64,000 nucleotides of DNA, taken from contig OZ024757.1 of assembly GCA_964016885.1 (NCBI GenBank), positions 20,584,001 to 20,648,000 of the forward strand. The letters are read 5' to 3'. The notes beneath the pieces are model-generated. The model was not told the DNA's origin. It saw nothing but the letters and a program-made list of their open reading frames with translations, and did no database searches. Position numbers and translations under genes: made by a program. The DNA is from Eledone cirrhosa. Lineage: Eukaryota. Shown here one piece after another: positions 13,040 through 27,659 of the stretch (position 1 is its first letter; the number at the start of each line of letters is the position of its first letter).

Positions 13040-13240
13040 TACAACTGCGGTTGTACCCTTGGCAGTGGAGACTACTGCTGTGTTCGGCCCTAGAGCTACC
13101 CTCCCTACTCACCACCATAGGCGCTGAGCTGGCCAGCCGCAGGTGTGAACCCCGCGAGTTGGAGTGGCTTTTCCAGCGCGTCTCCCTTGGCCGTCCTCCA
13201 GGGGGAACGCCTTCTCCACCCTGTCCGCTGGGGCCGTGGG
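13040..13240 (+). mobile_element. Decayed C-terminus of a restriction-like-endonuclease non-LTR retrotransposon (CRE-clade-like)
   Basis: Frameshifted translation gives VPLAVETTAVFGPRA / LTTIGAELASRRCEPRELEWLFQRVSL / AVLQGNAFSTLS. This matches the CRE-type pattern P.AVET.G..G....LFQR.S.A..RGNA. Confidence 0.7.
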
Positions 13241-13749
13241 TGGGTGGGGGGTTGCCCATCGCGTAACATTCCATATTTAAGTATGTGCAGTATCATATAC
13301 TACCCATGTATCTATCTTCAGACAATAACTTTTAAAACAATCTATCTGTCTGTCTGTCTGTCTGTCAGGCTCCGGACAATGGCAACAGAAACAACAAATC
13401 CCAACAGCACTCTGAAGATAGATAGAAGCCAGTCCAAGAATTAAAAAAATGTGGTGCCCCAGCATGGCCACAGTCTAATGAGTTGAAATCAGTCCAAGAA
13501 TAAAAGAATGTGGTGCTGCACGATGGTCACGGCCTAATGGCTGACTGAAACTAGTCCAAGAAATAAAACTATATGTATATATAATGTATATATAAAGTGT
13601 AAAGTGGTTGTGATGGTGACACGAGCGCAGGCTGAAGCATATATCTGGTAGGCGTCACCTTCATCCCTCCTCTACACCACCCACCACCTAACACTGCCTC
13701 TCACGTGCTGATATACCCACCTCACTAATACCCACACACCCTTCCCAAT

Positions 13750-14345
13750 AAAGCACCCAGTCCACACTGTAAAGTGGTCGTATAGGTGTCACAACAAAAA
13801 GCACTCAGTCCACACTGTAAAGTGGTTGTGTAGGTATCACGACAAAAAGCACCCAGTCCACGCTAAAAGTGGTTGTGTAGGTATCACGACAAAAAGCACC
13901 CAGTCCACACTGTAAAGTGGTCGCTTAGGTGTCATAACAAAAAGCACCCAGTCCATGCTGTAAAGTGGTTGTGTAGGTATCACGACAAAAAGCACCCAGT
14001 CCACACTGTAAAGTGGTCGCTTAGGTGTCATAACAAAAAGCACCCAGTCCATACTAAAAGTGGTTGTGTAGGTGTCATGACAAAAAGCACCCAGTCCATG
14101 CTAAAAGTGGTTGTGTAGGTGTCATGACAAAAAGCACCCAGTCCATGCTAAAAGTGGTTGTGTAGGTGTCATGACAAAAAGCACCCAGTCCACACTGTAA
14201 AGTGGTCCTATAGGTATCATAACAAAAAGCACCCAGTCCACGCTGTAAAGTGGTCGCTTAGGTGTCATAACAAAAAGCACCCAGTCCACGCTGTAAAGTG
14301 GTTGTGTAGGTGTCTTAACAAAAAGCACCCAGTCCACGCTGTAAA
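13750..14345 (+). repeat. ~47-49-bp minisatellite derived from an internal SINE module, continuing into a SINE 3' end
   Basis: Unit AAAAAGCACCCAGTCCACACTGTAAAGTGGTTGTGTAGGTATCACGAC with alternating variants. Confidence 0.85.
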
Positions 14346-15179
14346 TCTGGTTGGCATTAGGAAGGGCTGCCAGCCGTAGAAACCAAGTTGGTTCCATATG
14401 AGCAAGATATGGTCATCAGACCTCAACTTGCTTCAAATAGGACAACCCATCCAAGCCATGCCAGCGTGGAAAATGGACGCTAAACGGTGATGATGATGAT
14501 GATCATCATGATCATGATCATGTGTGTGTGAGTGTATTAATAGATATCTGAGGATATTGAAATAATAGCTATTGTTTTACGTGTATCAGAAATAGTTATT
14601 ATTGCAGTTTGAATACTACAAATATTGATCTTTCTCCGATCAGATAAGATTTATAGATCACAATATGACATTATAAAAAGCTTAAGGTATTTTCCTAAAG
14701 CTGGATGTATCAAGCATATCTCTAACCTTCTTTATTCTACAGACAACATACTAGCTGACATAAAAGCTATTTCATCTAACAAAATTTCTATCTCGGACTA
14801 TTTCTGGTTTTATCTAAATCTTCATAGAATATGCCAGTTATTATTATTATTATTTATTTTTTTTTTTTTTTAAATAAATAATTCTTACTTAAAGAAAAAT
14901 TTGTATAAAGCAAAAAGGAAATGAAGAATAAAAGAAATGAAATAAAATAACAAGAGGTAATTAAACAATGAAAAGAAGGGAAGATGGGAAGAGAGCAACC
15001 AACTTTACACCCTAGTCTGAGTGGTATTTCTCAGCTGCATCCTGTGGACAAAATGGTGAAGACACTGCCATGGAAAATAGCCAGCAACACTCACTCTGCC
15101 TCACAGGGCTCCTTCCTTAGGCAGGTGGCCATTTTTTTTTCAATTTTGAAAGGGAAAATAGCACTTCAGAAAGCTAGGA

Positions 15180-15350
15180 CACATGAAGTCTCAACAGTTT
15201 TTGTCTGTCTGGAAGTCCTGACCAAACCAGACACCTAGCAATATAACCGGTCCATCCGTCCAACGCCCGACAACGCTGTTGAATGGCATGGACCTGCCTT
15301 TCCAGGCCCACCGACTTTTCCTGGTTAATCATTGCTCCTCTCACTGCCTT
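15180..15350 (-). mobile_element. Decayed L1/Tx1-clade LINE RT fragment
   Basis: Frameshifted translation gives AVRGAMINQEKSVGL and FNSVVGRWTDGPVILLGVWFG.D...KN. This resembles the GAKIN..KS / KLLGVWF motifs at the RT C-terminus of Tx1-like elements. Confidence 0.65.
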
Positions 15351-15754
15351 GTAATAATAATAATAATAATTGTTTCTACTTCTGGCACAAGGCCAGCAAT
15401 TACCCAGTGTATTACTGGTACTTTATTTTATCGACCCCGTAAGGATGAAAGGCAAAGTTAACCTCGGCGGGATTTGAACTCAGAATGGAAAGGGCCGTAA
15501 CTCTTTGTGTCAAAGCATGGCGTCCGACCCTCTACCGATACTGCCAATCCGGTAGAGGGTCGGACGCCTGATGATGATGATTATTTCTAGTGGTGAAGGG
15601 GGAAAGTTGATTAAAATCGACCCCCAGTGCATTACTGATACTTTATTTTATCGATCCCGTAACAATGAAAGGCAAAGCTAACCTCAGCAGGATTTGAACT
15701 CTGAACATAAAGGGGCATAACTATATGCTACAGAGAATGTTGTCCGATGCTCAC

Positions 15755-18340
15755 CTCCACCACCACTGACACCACAACCAACACTACCACCACTGACACC
15801 ACAACCAACACTACACCACCACTGCCACCAACACCACCACCACTGACACCACAACCAACACTACCATCAGCACTGACACCACAACCAACACTGCCACCAC
15901 CACTGCCACCAACACCACCACCACCACAACCACCACTGCCACCAACACCACCACCACTGACACCACGACCAACACTACCATCAGCACTGACACCACAACC
16001 AACACTACACCACCACTGCCACCAACACCACCACCACTGACACCACAACCACCACTGCCACCAACACCACCACCACTGACACCACAACCACCACTGCCAC
16101 CAAAAACACCACCACTGACACCACAACCAACACTACCAACACTACCACCACTGCCACCAACACTACACCATCACCACCAACACCACCACCACTGACACCA
16201 CAACCACCACCACCAACACTACCACCACTGCCACCAACACTACACCATCACCACCAACACCACAACCACCACCACCAACACTACCACCGCTGCCACCAAC
16301 ACCACTACCACCACTGCCACCAACACTACCACCACTGCCACCAACACTACCACCAACACCACCACTGCCACCAACACTACCACCACTGCCACCAACACTA
16401 CCACCAACACCACCACTGCCACCAACACTACCACCACTGCCACCAACACTACCACTATCACCACCAACACTACCACCAACACCACCACTGACACCACAAC
16501 CAGCACCACCACCACCACCACCGCCACTACCACCAACACTACACCATCACCACCAACACTACCACCACTGCCACCAACACCACCACCATTACCAACACTG
16601 CCACCAACACTACACCATCACCACCAATACTACCACCGCTGCCACCAACAGCACCACCACTGCCACCACCACTACCACCACTGCCACCAACACTACACCA
16701 TCACCACCACTACCACCACTGCTACCAACACTACACCATCACCACCAACACCACCACCACTACCACCATCACCATCAACACTGACACCACTGCCACCAAC
16801 ACCACCACCACTGCCACCAACACTACACCATCACCATCAACACTACCACCACTGCTACCAACACAACACCATCACCACCAACACTACAACCACCAACACC
16901 ACTACCACTACCACCATCACTGACACCACTGCTACCAACACCACCACCACCACTGCCACCAACACTACACCATCACCACCAACACTACCACCGCTGCCAC
17001 CAACACTACACCATCACCACCAACACTACCACCACTGCCACCAACACTACACCATCACCACCAACACTACCACCACTGCCACCAACACTACACCATCACC
17101 ACCAACACTACCACCACTGCCACCAACACTACACCATCACCACCAACACTACCACCACTGCCACCAACACTACACCATCACCACCAACACTACCACCACT
17201 GCCACCAACACTACACCATCACCACCAACACTACCACCACTGCTACCAACACCACCACCACTGCCACCAACACTACACCACCACCACCAACACTACCACC
17301 ACTGCCACCAACACTACACCACCACCACCAACACTACACCACCACCACCAACACTACCACCACTGCCACCAACACTACACCATCACCACCAACACTACCA
17401 CCACTGCTACCAACACCACCACTACAACCACCAACACTACACCATCACCACCAACACTACACCACTACCACCACCAACACTACACCATCACCACCAACAC
17501 TACACCACTACCACCACCAACACTACACCATCACCACCAACACTACACCACTACCACCACCAACACTACACCATCACCACCAACACTACACCACTACCAC
17601 CACCAACACTACACCATCACCACCAACACTACACCACTACCACCACCAACACTACACCATCACCACCACTGCTACCAACACTACCACCACTGCCACCAAC
17701 ACTACACCACCACCACCAACACTACCACCACTGCCACCAACACTACACCATCACCACCAACACTACCACCACTGCTACCAACACCACCACCACTGCCACC
17801 AACACTACACCACCAACACTACCACCACTGCCACCAACACTACACCACTACCACCACCAACACTACACCATCACCACCAACACTACACCACTACCACCAC
17901 CAGCACTACACCATCACCACCAACACTACCACCACTACAACCACCAACACTACACCATCACCACCAACACTACACCACTACCACCACCAGCACTACACCA
18001 TCACCACCAACACTACCACCACTACAACCACCAACACTACACCATCACCACCAACACTACACCACTACCACCACCAGCACTACACCATCACCACCAACAC
18101 TACACCACTACCACCACCAACACTACACCATCACCACCAACACTACACCACTACCACCACCAGCACTACACCATCACCACCAACACTACACCACTACCAC
18201 CACCAACACTACACCATCACCACCAACACTACACCACTACCACCACCAACACTACACCATCACCACCAACACTACACCACTACCACCACCAACACTACAC
18301 CATCACCACCAACACTACCACCACTACAACCACCAACTGC
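15755..18340. repeat. Complex (CAC/CCA/ACT)-based microsatellite-minisatellite
   Basis: Strongly strand-asymmetric (C/A-rich on plus), with recurring ~21- and ~39-42-bp units. Confidence 0.9.
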
Positions 18341-18414
18341 CACTATTAATGGAAAAATTCTCTTTTAAATATTATCCATTGCATGGAAACAATGGAATGT
18401 TCCTAGCGTGTCTA

Positions 18415-18540
18415 GTGTGTGTGTGATAGAGAGAGTGAGAGAGAGAGTGTGAGAGAGGGAGTGTGAGAGAGTGAAAGAGAGAGAGTGAAAGAGAGAGAGT
18501 GTGTGTGCATGTGTGTGTGAGAGAGAGTGTGATAGAGAGT

Positions 18541-18581
<41 letters not shown>

Positions 18582-18786
18582 TGTGTGTGAGAGAGAGTGT
18601 GTGATAGAGAGAGTGAGAGAGAGTGAAAGAGAGAGTGTGTGTGCATGTGTGTGTGATAGAGAGTGAAAGAGAGAGAGAGAGAGAGTGTGTGTGTGTGAGA
18701 GAGAGTGTGAGAGAGAGAGAGAGAGTGTGTGTGTGTGCGAGAGAGAGTGTGTGATAGAGAGTGAAAGAGAGAGAGAGAGTGTGATT

Positions 18787-18831
<45 letters not shown>

Positions 18832-19480
18832 TGTGTGCGAGAGAGAGAGAGAGAGTGTGTGTGCGAGAGAGAGTGTGTGATAGATAGTGAAAGAGAGAGA
18901 GAGAGTGTGTGTGTGCGAGAGAGAGTGTGTGATAGATAGTGAAAGAGAGAGAGAGAGAGTGTGTGTGTGAGAGAGAGAGTGTGTGTGAGAGAGAGAGAGA
19001 ATGAAAAATGAAATATAAACGAATATACATTTGATTGATTCAATAAACATGACTTTCATATAGTTAGAATATCAACATAGAGAGAGAGGTATACGTACAT
19101 ATATAGAGAGAGGGGGAGAGAAGTATACATAGAGAGAGAGAGAGGGGAGAGAAGTATACATAGAGAGAGAGAGGTATACATCCAGAGAGAGAGGTATACA
19201 TACAGAAAGAGAGAGAGAAGTATACACACATACACACACACACATAGAAGCATACAGATACACAGAGCAAAGCATACAAACACACAGAAGCATATAGAGA
19301 CACACAGAGCAAAGTATACATAGACACACACACACACACACAGAAGCATACACAGACACACAGAGCAAAGCATACATAGATACACACACACACACACACA
19401 CACAGAAGCATACACAGACACACACACAAAAGCATACATAGACATACACACACACACAGAAGCATACATAGACAATATAG
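18415..19480. repeat. (GA)n/(GT)n/(CA)n compound microsatellite
   Basis: Direct inspection. Confidence 0.9.
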
Positions 19481-19959
19481 ATAGACGTATGATGATGATG
19501 ATATTAGCATCTTTATTGTAGGCACTGATCCATAAGTATATATCAGAGACAAACCACAACAGAAACACAAACCCTCCATTTCAATTTTACTTTTGAACAT
19601 CATAGAACTGTGAAACCGGTAAAGTAAATAAATAAATATTTTTAAAAGACTCCAGTTGCATTTTCAATTTGTTTTCCATATATATATATATCGACAGTCG
19701 ATCAACTTTCGTCAAATCGGACCAAGGAAACGATGTTTCCATTGGTCTTTCCAATTGCTAATACTTTCTATCGGTCGCAACTCCAGGTAGAAGGAGCAAC
19801 GTGAAATAAAGTGTCTTGCCCAAGGACATAACGCATCACCCGGTCTGGGAATCGACCTCACAACCTCACGATTGAGAGTCAAATCCTCTAACCACTCAGT
19901 TACACGCCTTCACTTATATATATATATATATATCCCCCGCAAAAATTCACCCTTTCCCA

Positions 19960-21460
19960 CGAGTGATGGCAAATGCCCAAAACTCTGAGTTGGAACCATC
20001 AATGTAAGCACAATGAAAAGAAGAGAAGGAGAAATCGTAGAGATGCTAGAGCAAAAGGAAATTGATGTATACTGTGTGCAAGAGACTAGATGGAGAGGAG
20101 AGTCTGCTAGAGTCCTTGTAGGCAAAAATCAGTGCTACAAATTTTTCTGAGTGGGAAATGACAACAGGATGGGTGGTGTAGCTATACTATTAGCTGACAA
20201 ATGGGTTGATAAGGTAATCTCAGTGAGCAGGGTGAACTCAAGAATCATTAAACTCAGACTAGTCCTGAATAAAATAATTACCACAATCATATCAGCTTAC
20301 GCACCCCAATCAGGGTTGCCAGACAAACTTAAGGATAGGTTTTACGAGTCCTTAATGCACACCACTGCCTTAACAAATGACAGTGACTTCCTAATCATTG
20401 CAGGGGACTTTAATGGGCACGTAAACACAGTGACAGCTTCCATAGAGTCCATGGAGGCTACAGGTTTGGGACAAGAAATGAAGATGCCTTCAGGCTTCTA
20501 GAATTCTGGGAGGAGGAGAGTGACTTGGTGGTGGAACAATAAGGTAGATGAGGCAATTAAGGCTAAGAGATAGGCATGGAAAGAATGGAAGAATGGGGGA
20601 AGCAGGGTACATTACATAGAGACCAGGAGAGAAGTTAGGCGACAAGTAAACTTGGCTAGAAGGGAAGCGGAGGATAGAACATTCAAGCATGTTTTGCAGC
20701 GTGAGGACCAGAAACAAGAGGTGTTCAGGATTGTGAGGCAGTGTGTTAGAGAAAATTGTGATGTCATTGGAGAGAAGTGTATCCGGAATGATAAAGGTGA
20801 GCTTGCCCTCACAAGTGCTGAGAAGAAAGGTGCATGGAAGAGCTATTATGAAAGATTACAAAATGAGGAGAATGCATGGGAGAAAGAGACCCTACCCCTA
20901 GAGGACCCTATAGAGGGGCCAGCAGTACAAGTCAGAAGCAGCGTAGTAAGTAAGGTAATTAAAGATATGAAGACTGGGAAGGCAACCGATCCATCAGGTA
21001 TAGCTGCTGAGATGTTGAAAGCATCTGGGTCAATAGGTCACACCATAACCACACATATTGTTAACCAGGTAATACTAGAGGGTATCATACCAAAGGATTG
21101 GTGCAGTAGCATCATTGTCAACTGCTACAAGGGTAAAGATGATGCACTAGATAGAGGAAACTATAGAGGTATAAAGCTGATGGACCAGGTCATGAAAATA
21201 ACGGAAAGTTGATTAGGGACTAGGTAAAACTAGATGAGATGCAATTTGGGTTTGTGCCAGGAAAAGGCACCATTGATGCCCTCTTCCTTGTGAAAGTACC
21301 TAGAAAAAGTACCTAGAAAAGTAAGCCACTCTACCTGGCATTTGTCGATCTGGAAAAAGCCTTCGACAGAATTCCTCATGCTATAATCTGGTGGGCTCTT
21401 ACAAAACTAGGAGTAGATGAATGGCTTGTGAAAGCTGTACAAGCCATGTATAGGGAACTA
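19960..21460 (+). mobile_element. Decayed RTE-clade LINE: APE endonuclease plus N-terminal RT, internally deleted
   Basis: Motifs LRVGTINV, VQETRWRG, GGVAILL, ISAYAPQ, AGDFNGHV, then a jump to WWWNNKV...K, then NYRGIKLMD, QFGFVPGKGTIDA and AFVDLEKAFD. Stops and frameshifts are present. Confidence 0.92.
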
Positions 21461-21619
21461 TTATAGGCACCCGTTTTACGTGTGTTGTATTGAAGCGAAT
21501 AACTATGTGTATACTCTGGGAATGTATCCTACATTACCTATTGAGTACACTGAGATACAACTGATCCTGGCATTGATAAATATGCTGGGTCCGTCAACTC
21601 CTTATTATATACATATACA

Positions 21620-21805
21620 GGGCGGTGGATTGGCAGTATCGGTAGAGGGTCAGACACCATGCTTTCCAGCATAGTTACGTCCCTTTACGATCTGAGTTCA
21701 AATCCCGCCGAGGTTGACTTTGCCTTTCATCCTTACGGGGTCGATAAAATAAAGTACCAGCAATGCACTGGGATGATTGATGGCCTTGTGCCAAAAGTAG
21801 AAACA
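21620..21805 (+). mobile_element. SINE family B, full length with TSD
   Basis: Flanked by ATTATATACATATACA on both sides. Confidence 0.85.
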
Positions 21806-21821
21806 ATTATATACATATACA

Positions 21822-22155
21822 GGCACATGGCTTAGTGGTTAGAGCATTGGCCTTGCAATCGAAAGGTTGTGAGTTCAATTCTCAGACCGAGTGATGTGTT
21901 GTTTCCTTGAGCAAGACACTTTATTTCACATTGCTCCAGTTTACTCAGCTGTAGAAATGAGATGATAGGGACTGGGGTCCCTATCATTCCACTGCAAAGT
22001 CGTCATGGAGGTGCACGGCAAAAAAGCATCCAGCACTGTAAATGAGGTTGGTGTTAGGAAGGGCATCCAGGTGTAGAAATCAAGCCAGAATCAGTTCCCA
22101 TCCCACCCTTGCAAGCAGGGAAAAAGCGGACGCAAAATGAAATGATGATGATGAA
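21822..22155 (+). mobile_element. SINE family A
   Basis: Full head-to-tail match to the other copies. Confidence 0.85.
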
Positions 22156-22156
22156 A

Positions 22157-22199
<43 letters not shown>

Positions 22200-22213
<14 letters not shown>

Positions 22214-23350
22214 TGATGTTGTCTGTGTGTCCTCATTTTTGCAAAGTCTATACAAAGTCTATACAAAGTCTAACAAACTTGCATTTATATATTCCTTGCG
22301 GTCTAAAGGTATTAACTGCAGCTTTTATTTTTCAATTTTCTGTTGTTAAAGGGGTGTTAGGCGCCGGTTATCCATCTCCGTTGCGCTCTTATAATATCTG
22401 TCTGTATGCCTGGCTGTCTGCATTACGACATTCTGACGAACATTGATGACGTATTATGTTCGCTATTTTCCGTTCATTGCCAGGGAACGTCTTCACGAAC
22501 CAAAGTATCGTCTTCCTGTTTTCTTTCGGTTGCAACGTTTTTCGAAATATTTACTTCTGCGTTCACAGATTGATTTTTTTAGTTTCAGAAGATCCCGTTA
22601 AGGGTGAAAGTAGTGATTCTTTGCTTAAACTTTAATCTGTTATTTTAATATATAATATAAGCGAGGCAAGCCAGCCCAGTTGCCACTTCTTGCCAATAAA
22701 CATTAACCCTTTGTGCGTCATTCATCTAACTGTAGACCATCAAATACTAAGTAAGTGGAGCGTTGACAAGAACGATGGCAAATGAATCTTCGAGGTAAGC
22801 AGTTTCCTCCCGAACTGCTAGTTTACGCGGGATTCTCTGCTACACCTTTTCGTAATAATAGCGAACAACGTACTGCTGGTCACTCCTTCCTCCAAAAGCC
22901 GTACAAAGCGGACATGTGCATCGGGCAGATGGATCGGGTGCAAATCTACACCAGGCCTACGCGAGAAATTCGCAAGGGACTGCACCGAGAGGGATAGAGA
23001 GAAAGAGTAACTTAGTGGAAAGAGTGCGAATGAACTTTTGAGGTAAGTAGCCTACGCCTTACTGCTATGACACTGGAACCTTCTGCCAACTTAACCTGTG
23101 ACTTTCTCTTTCACATTTACTCCAAAAGACCAAAACAGAGGAGTATGAGAAGGAGCTCAACAATATTTCTATGAACAATGCATGTAGACAGCTAAACTGT
23201 ACTTTCAACTTCTTAATTTTCTCCAAATAAAACAAGTTTCCTGTCGGTATATTTTCGTGAGTTTTTAACAGGCACTCACAAATAAACGTTTCTCATTGGA
23301 GGTGCTATTACCAATGTTCTTACCCGTGCAACACCGGGATACACTGCTAG
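22200..23350 (+). mobile_element. Non-autonomous Helitron-like segment(s)
   Basis: 3' end CCCGTGCAACACCGGG (hairpin)...CTAG|T. 5' end TATATAAAACTGATGTTGTCTGTGTGT. Related ends at ~4855, ~26610-26815, ~30935 and ~54978. Confidence 0.45.
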
Positions 23351-24115
23351 TATATATATATACACATACATATATATCATCATCATCATCATCATCATCA
23401 TCATTTAACGTCTATCTTCCATGCTAGCATGGGTTAGACGGGAGTTGTCCCACTTGAGGCAAGATTGGTTGGGTGACCGTGTCTCGCTCATATAGGACTA
23501 TCTGGTAGGTTTTCTACGGCTGGATGTCCTTCCTAACACCAACCACAATTACAGTGTGGACTGGGAGCTTTTTACCGTGTTACCTGTGCGACCACATTAA
23601 AGCGTGGACTGTGTGTTTTTTTTGTCGTGACACCTACACGATCTCATTAGTTTGGACTGGATGTTGTGGTACCAACAGAACTTTATACAGAAAGGGTGAT
23701 GTTGGTGGGAGTGGAAGGATAGAGTAGGGATAGTGGGTTGGGGTGTAAATTTGGTTTGGAGGGGCCTACTGACTGTAGGTTAACTTTGTATATATATATC
23801 ATCATCATCATCATCATCATCATCAGGTTTAGCGTCCGTGTTCCACGCTTGCATGGGTTTGGACGGGGGTTTTCCCACTTGAGGCAAGAGTGGTTGTCTT
23901 GCTCGCATAGGACTGTCTGGCGGGTTTTCTACAGCTGGATGCCCTTCCTAACACCAACCACATTTACAGTGTGGGGCTGGGAGGTTTTTACCGTGTTACC
24001 TACACGGCCACATTTACAGCGTGGACTGTGTGTTTTTTTTGTCGTGACACCTACACGATCTCATTTGTTTCGGCCTGGATGTTGTGGGACCAACATAACT
24101 TTACATTGAAAGGGG

Positions 24116-24167
<52 letters not shown>

Positions 24168-24184
24168 ACATATATATATATTAG

Positions 24185-24480
24185 TCTTTTACTCTTTTAC
24201 CTTTTCCAGCCCTCTGGCTGAGGCAATGCCGAGGCACCACCCTTGTTGCTACACATTTTATCTCCAGCCTGTATTGGTTGGCCACTGGTGCAAGAGGGCG
24301 TTCGTTGCTGCTGCCCTTAGGTTTCCCTCGTGCCTTGCTGTGGGCTCATCTGGGATCCTGGATAGCAAGGTGTCCGAGATGTTTCTTGAAGATATCCACA
24401 TCCACACCATGCAGATCTCTCAGATCCCTCGGCAGCTTGTTGAAGAGTTGAGGGCCCTTGAACCCCAAGCTATTGAAATA
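24185..24480 (-). mobile_element. 3' end of a CR1/L2-group LINE with (TAAAAGA)-type tail
   Basis: Translates to [42 protein letters not shown]....RAAATNALL, followed by GGTGGTGCCTCGGCATTGCCTCAGCC...GTAAAAGAGTAAAAGA. Confidence 0.75.
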
Positions 24481-25349
24481 CATATATACACATGTATACA
24501 TACATACATACATATTCACACACACACACACATATATATATACATACACACACATATATATTTATGTATATACATATATACATACATATATACACACACA
24601 CACATATATATATATACATATATACATACACACATATATATGTATATATATATACATATATACACACACACATGTATGTATATATACACACACACATGTA
24701 TGTATATATACACACACACATATGTTTTTATATATACATATATACACACACACACATATATATATGTTTATATATATACATATATATATATATACACACA
24801 TATATATATATATATATATACATATATACATACATATATATATATATATATATACATATATAATTAAGAGTGGTTTTCTGAAAGGGAATGGGAAGAAACC
24901 AGTTAAATAAAGTACGCAATACACATTAGTAAAGGTTACATATTTTATATAGAAATGATTTCTACGGGACTAGAACTATTTCATTCAATGAAATCATCAA
25001 AAATGACCACACACATATTTGCGTGTGTGTGTGTGTTTATTTTTTCCATACCTTAGAGATATACTACCGCGAAAAAAAAAAAAAAAAAAAAAAGTGTTAA
25101 AAAAATAAGTACCAGCCTCGAAAGGCTTGATGTGATTGATAAAATTCATTTTGGGGTGGTGCCACAGCATGGCCGCAGTCAAATGACTGAAACCATTTGA
25201 AGATTAAAAGAAAAATTATGAAAAGACGGAAAAAACTGCGAGACAGGAAGGGTTGGGAGAAAGAAAAACGTATGAGTTATCTCCCTTAGATTAAAACTAT
25301 TGTAATATAAAATATTCAATTGAAATATAAAATTTCTGAATATTATATG

Positions 25350-25823
25350 GCATGGTGGTGGTGGTGATGGTGGTTGACAGTAATAGTGGTGGATGGAGTG
25401 TGGTGATGGTCGTGGTAGTGGTGATAGTGGTGGTGGTGGTTGACAGTAAGTGGTGGATGAGTGTGGTGGCGGTGGTGGTGGTAGTGGTGGTGGTAGTGGT
25501 AGTGGTGGTGGTGGTAGTGGTGGTGGTGGTGGTGGTGGTGGTGGTAGTGATGATGGTGGTGGTGATAGTGGTGGTGGTAGTGACGATGGTGGTGGTGGTG
25601 GTTGACAGTAATAGTGGTGGATGAGTGTGGTGATGGTGGTGGTGGTGATGATGTTGGTGATAGTGGTGGTGGTGGTGGTAGTGGAAGTGGTGGTGGTAGT
25701 GGTGATGATGATAGTGGCAGTGGTGGTGATAGTGGTGACACCACTAAAAACAACAAATCATTTGAGAGTTCAAAGCTAAGCAATGAGGAAACTGACACTC
25801 CTTATGACTCAGACCCTCTGCCG

Positions 25824-25864
<41 letters not shown>

Positions 25865-26345
25865 GCTGCTGCTATTAGTACAACTACCACCACTATTGCT
25901 ACTACCACTATGGTGCTGCCAGTTATTGGGTGCCACTCTTAAAGGTTTATGTTTCATCATGGCATTTCAATGGGCCTCAGTGAGAGTGGTCATGTTGGTG
26001 GTGGTGATGGTGGTGGTGGTGGTGATGGTGGTGGTGGTGATGGTGGTGGTGGTGGTGATGGTGGTGGTGGTGGTGGTGGTGATGATGGTGGTGGTGATGG
26101 TGGTGATGATGGTGGTGATGGTGGTGGTGATGGTGGTGACGATGGTGGTGGTGATGGTGGTGACGGTGATAGTGATGACGGTGATAGTGATGTTGAAATG
26201 GTGGTGGTGGTGGTGATGATGGTAGTGGTAATGATGGTGATAGTGATGATCGTGGTGGTGGTGGTGGTGGTGGTGGTGGTGGTGATGATGATGGTGGTAG
26301 TGATAGCAATGATAATGATGGCCATGATAGTGATGGGTGGTAATA
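25350..26345. repeat. (GGT/GAT)n and (ACT)n microsatellite tracts
   Basis: Direct inspection. Confidence 0.85.
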
Positions 26346-26916
26346 ATAATAAAATAATTGTTTCTACTTTAGGCACAAGGCCATCAATTACCCAGTACAT
26401 TACTGGTACTTTATTTTATCGACCCCGTAAGGATGAAAGACAAAGTCAACCTCGGCGGGATTAATAATAATAAAATAATAATAAAATAATAATAATGAAA
26501 ATGATTGTGTACAGTGCTCAGGTGCACTACAACTCACCAAAGGTGCATGTATAGTACATAGAATAATATACAAATGTCAGGGAAGTGAATAGTGTATGAG
26601 TCTTGGACACGGAAATAAATATTTCGAAAAACGTTGTAACCGAAGGAAAACAGGAAGACGATACTTTGGTTTGTGAAGACGTTCCCTGACAATGAGCGGA
26701 AAGCAAGCGAGCATAATTACGTTATGGGGAGCTGTGAGAACAATTTTAGGCAAAGAAAAATTTCACGTACGGGCAATACGTGGATAATTTACATCATGAT
26801 ATGGTAGCTAAGTATATTTTATGTTTATACCATTATTTATTTGTATAGGGACTTACCTATATATATATACACACACACATATACACATATATACACATAC
26901 ACATATATATATAGAC

Positions 26917-26949
<33 letters not shown>

Positions 26950-27659
26950 CATATGATGGCTGCCCCCTCGTTATCAAGTATGGCCATTGCACGATATACC
27001 ATTATTAATAATTGATATTCAAAACAACAAACAGCGGAGGACGCGTTTCGCACCTTTCCGACAGACAACCTTTCCCCCACCCCGGAAAAACCCCCCAGTT
27101 GATGGATGTGAATCCGAAATATATAGGGACAATTAAATCTCTCCCAAGGTAACTCTCTCTCTCGTGTTGTTATTTTTATTTTATCCTTTATACTCTTTCC
27201 TTCATTCCTCTACACGTCTTATACACACCACGCATCTCAACGTACACCCACTTACATCTCTCTCTCCACCACCGGATCTTGTTACCCGGAGATTTACCCA
27301 TTTGCATTGTCGAGGCTTCCAAACGACTTAAAGATATTTACCAATTATTAATTAATTCTATTGTGCAATGCCTGTGCGTGAAGATTCTTTTTAAAGTGAG
27401 GAAAGACTGTGCACTGAGCCAATCCCACTCTCTGAGCGACAGTAGCTGTGACTCAAAAAGAAGAAAAGATCAACATGATTGGCAACTACTGAGCCGCGGG
27501 TTTTATCTCGGAGTTATCCCAGTTTCCTGAGTTGCCTTCTCCTAGAAGAATGCCCTGACAAAGGCTAGGGGGTCCTTCACTCCCAGTGGTTTAACCGCGC
27601 AATTGAGTATCCAGCCCGATTATTTCTATGTCCTCACGCATATGCATACATATGCATAT

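Noticed and set aside
15728-18340. Possible mucin-like Thr/Pro-rich coding region
   Set aside because: A trinucleotide-derived repeat with frame-breaking unit lengths and no exon boundaries.
25735-25820. Short unique island (TTKNNKSFESSKLSNEETDTPYDSD) as a possible exon
   Set aside because: It is embedded in microsatellites, with no convincing splice sites or homology.
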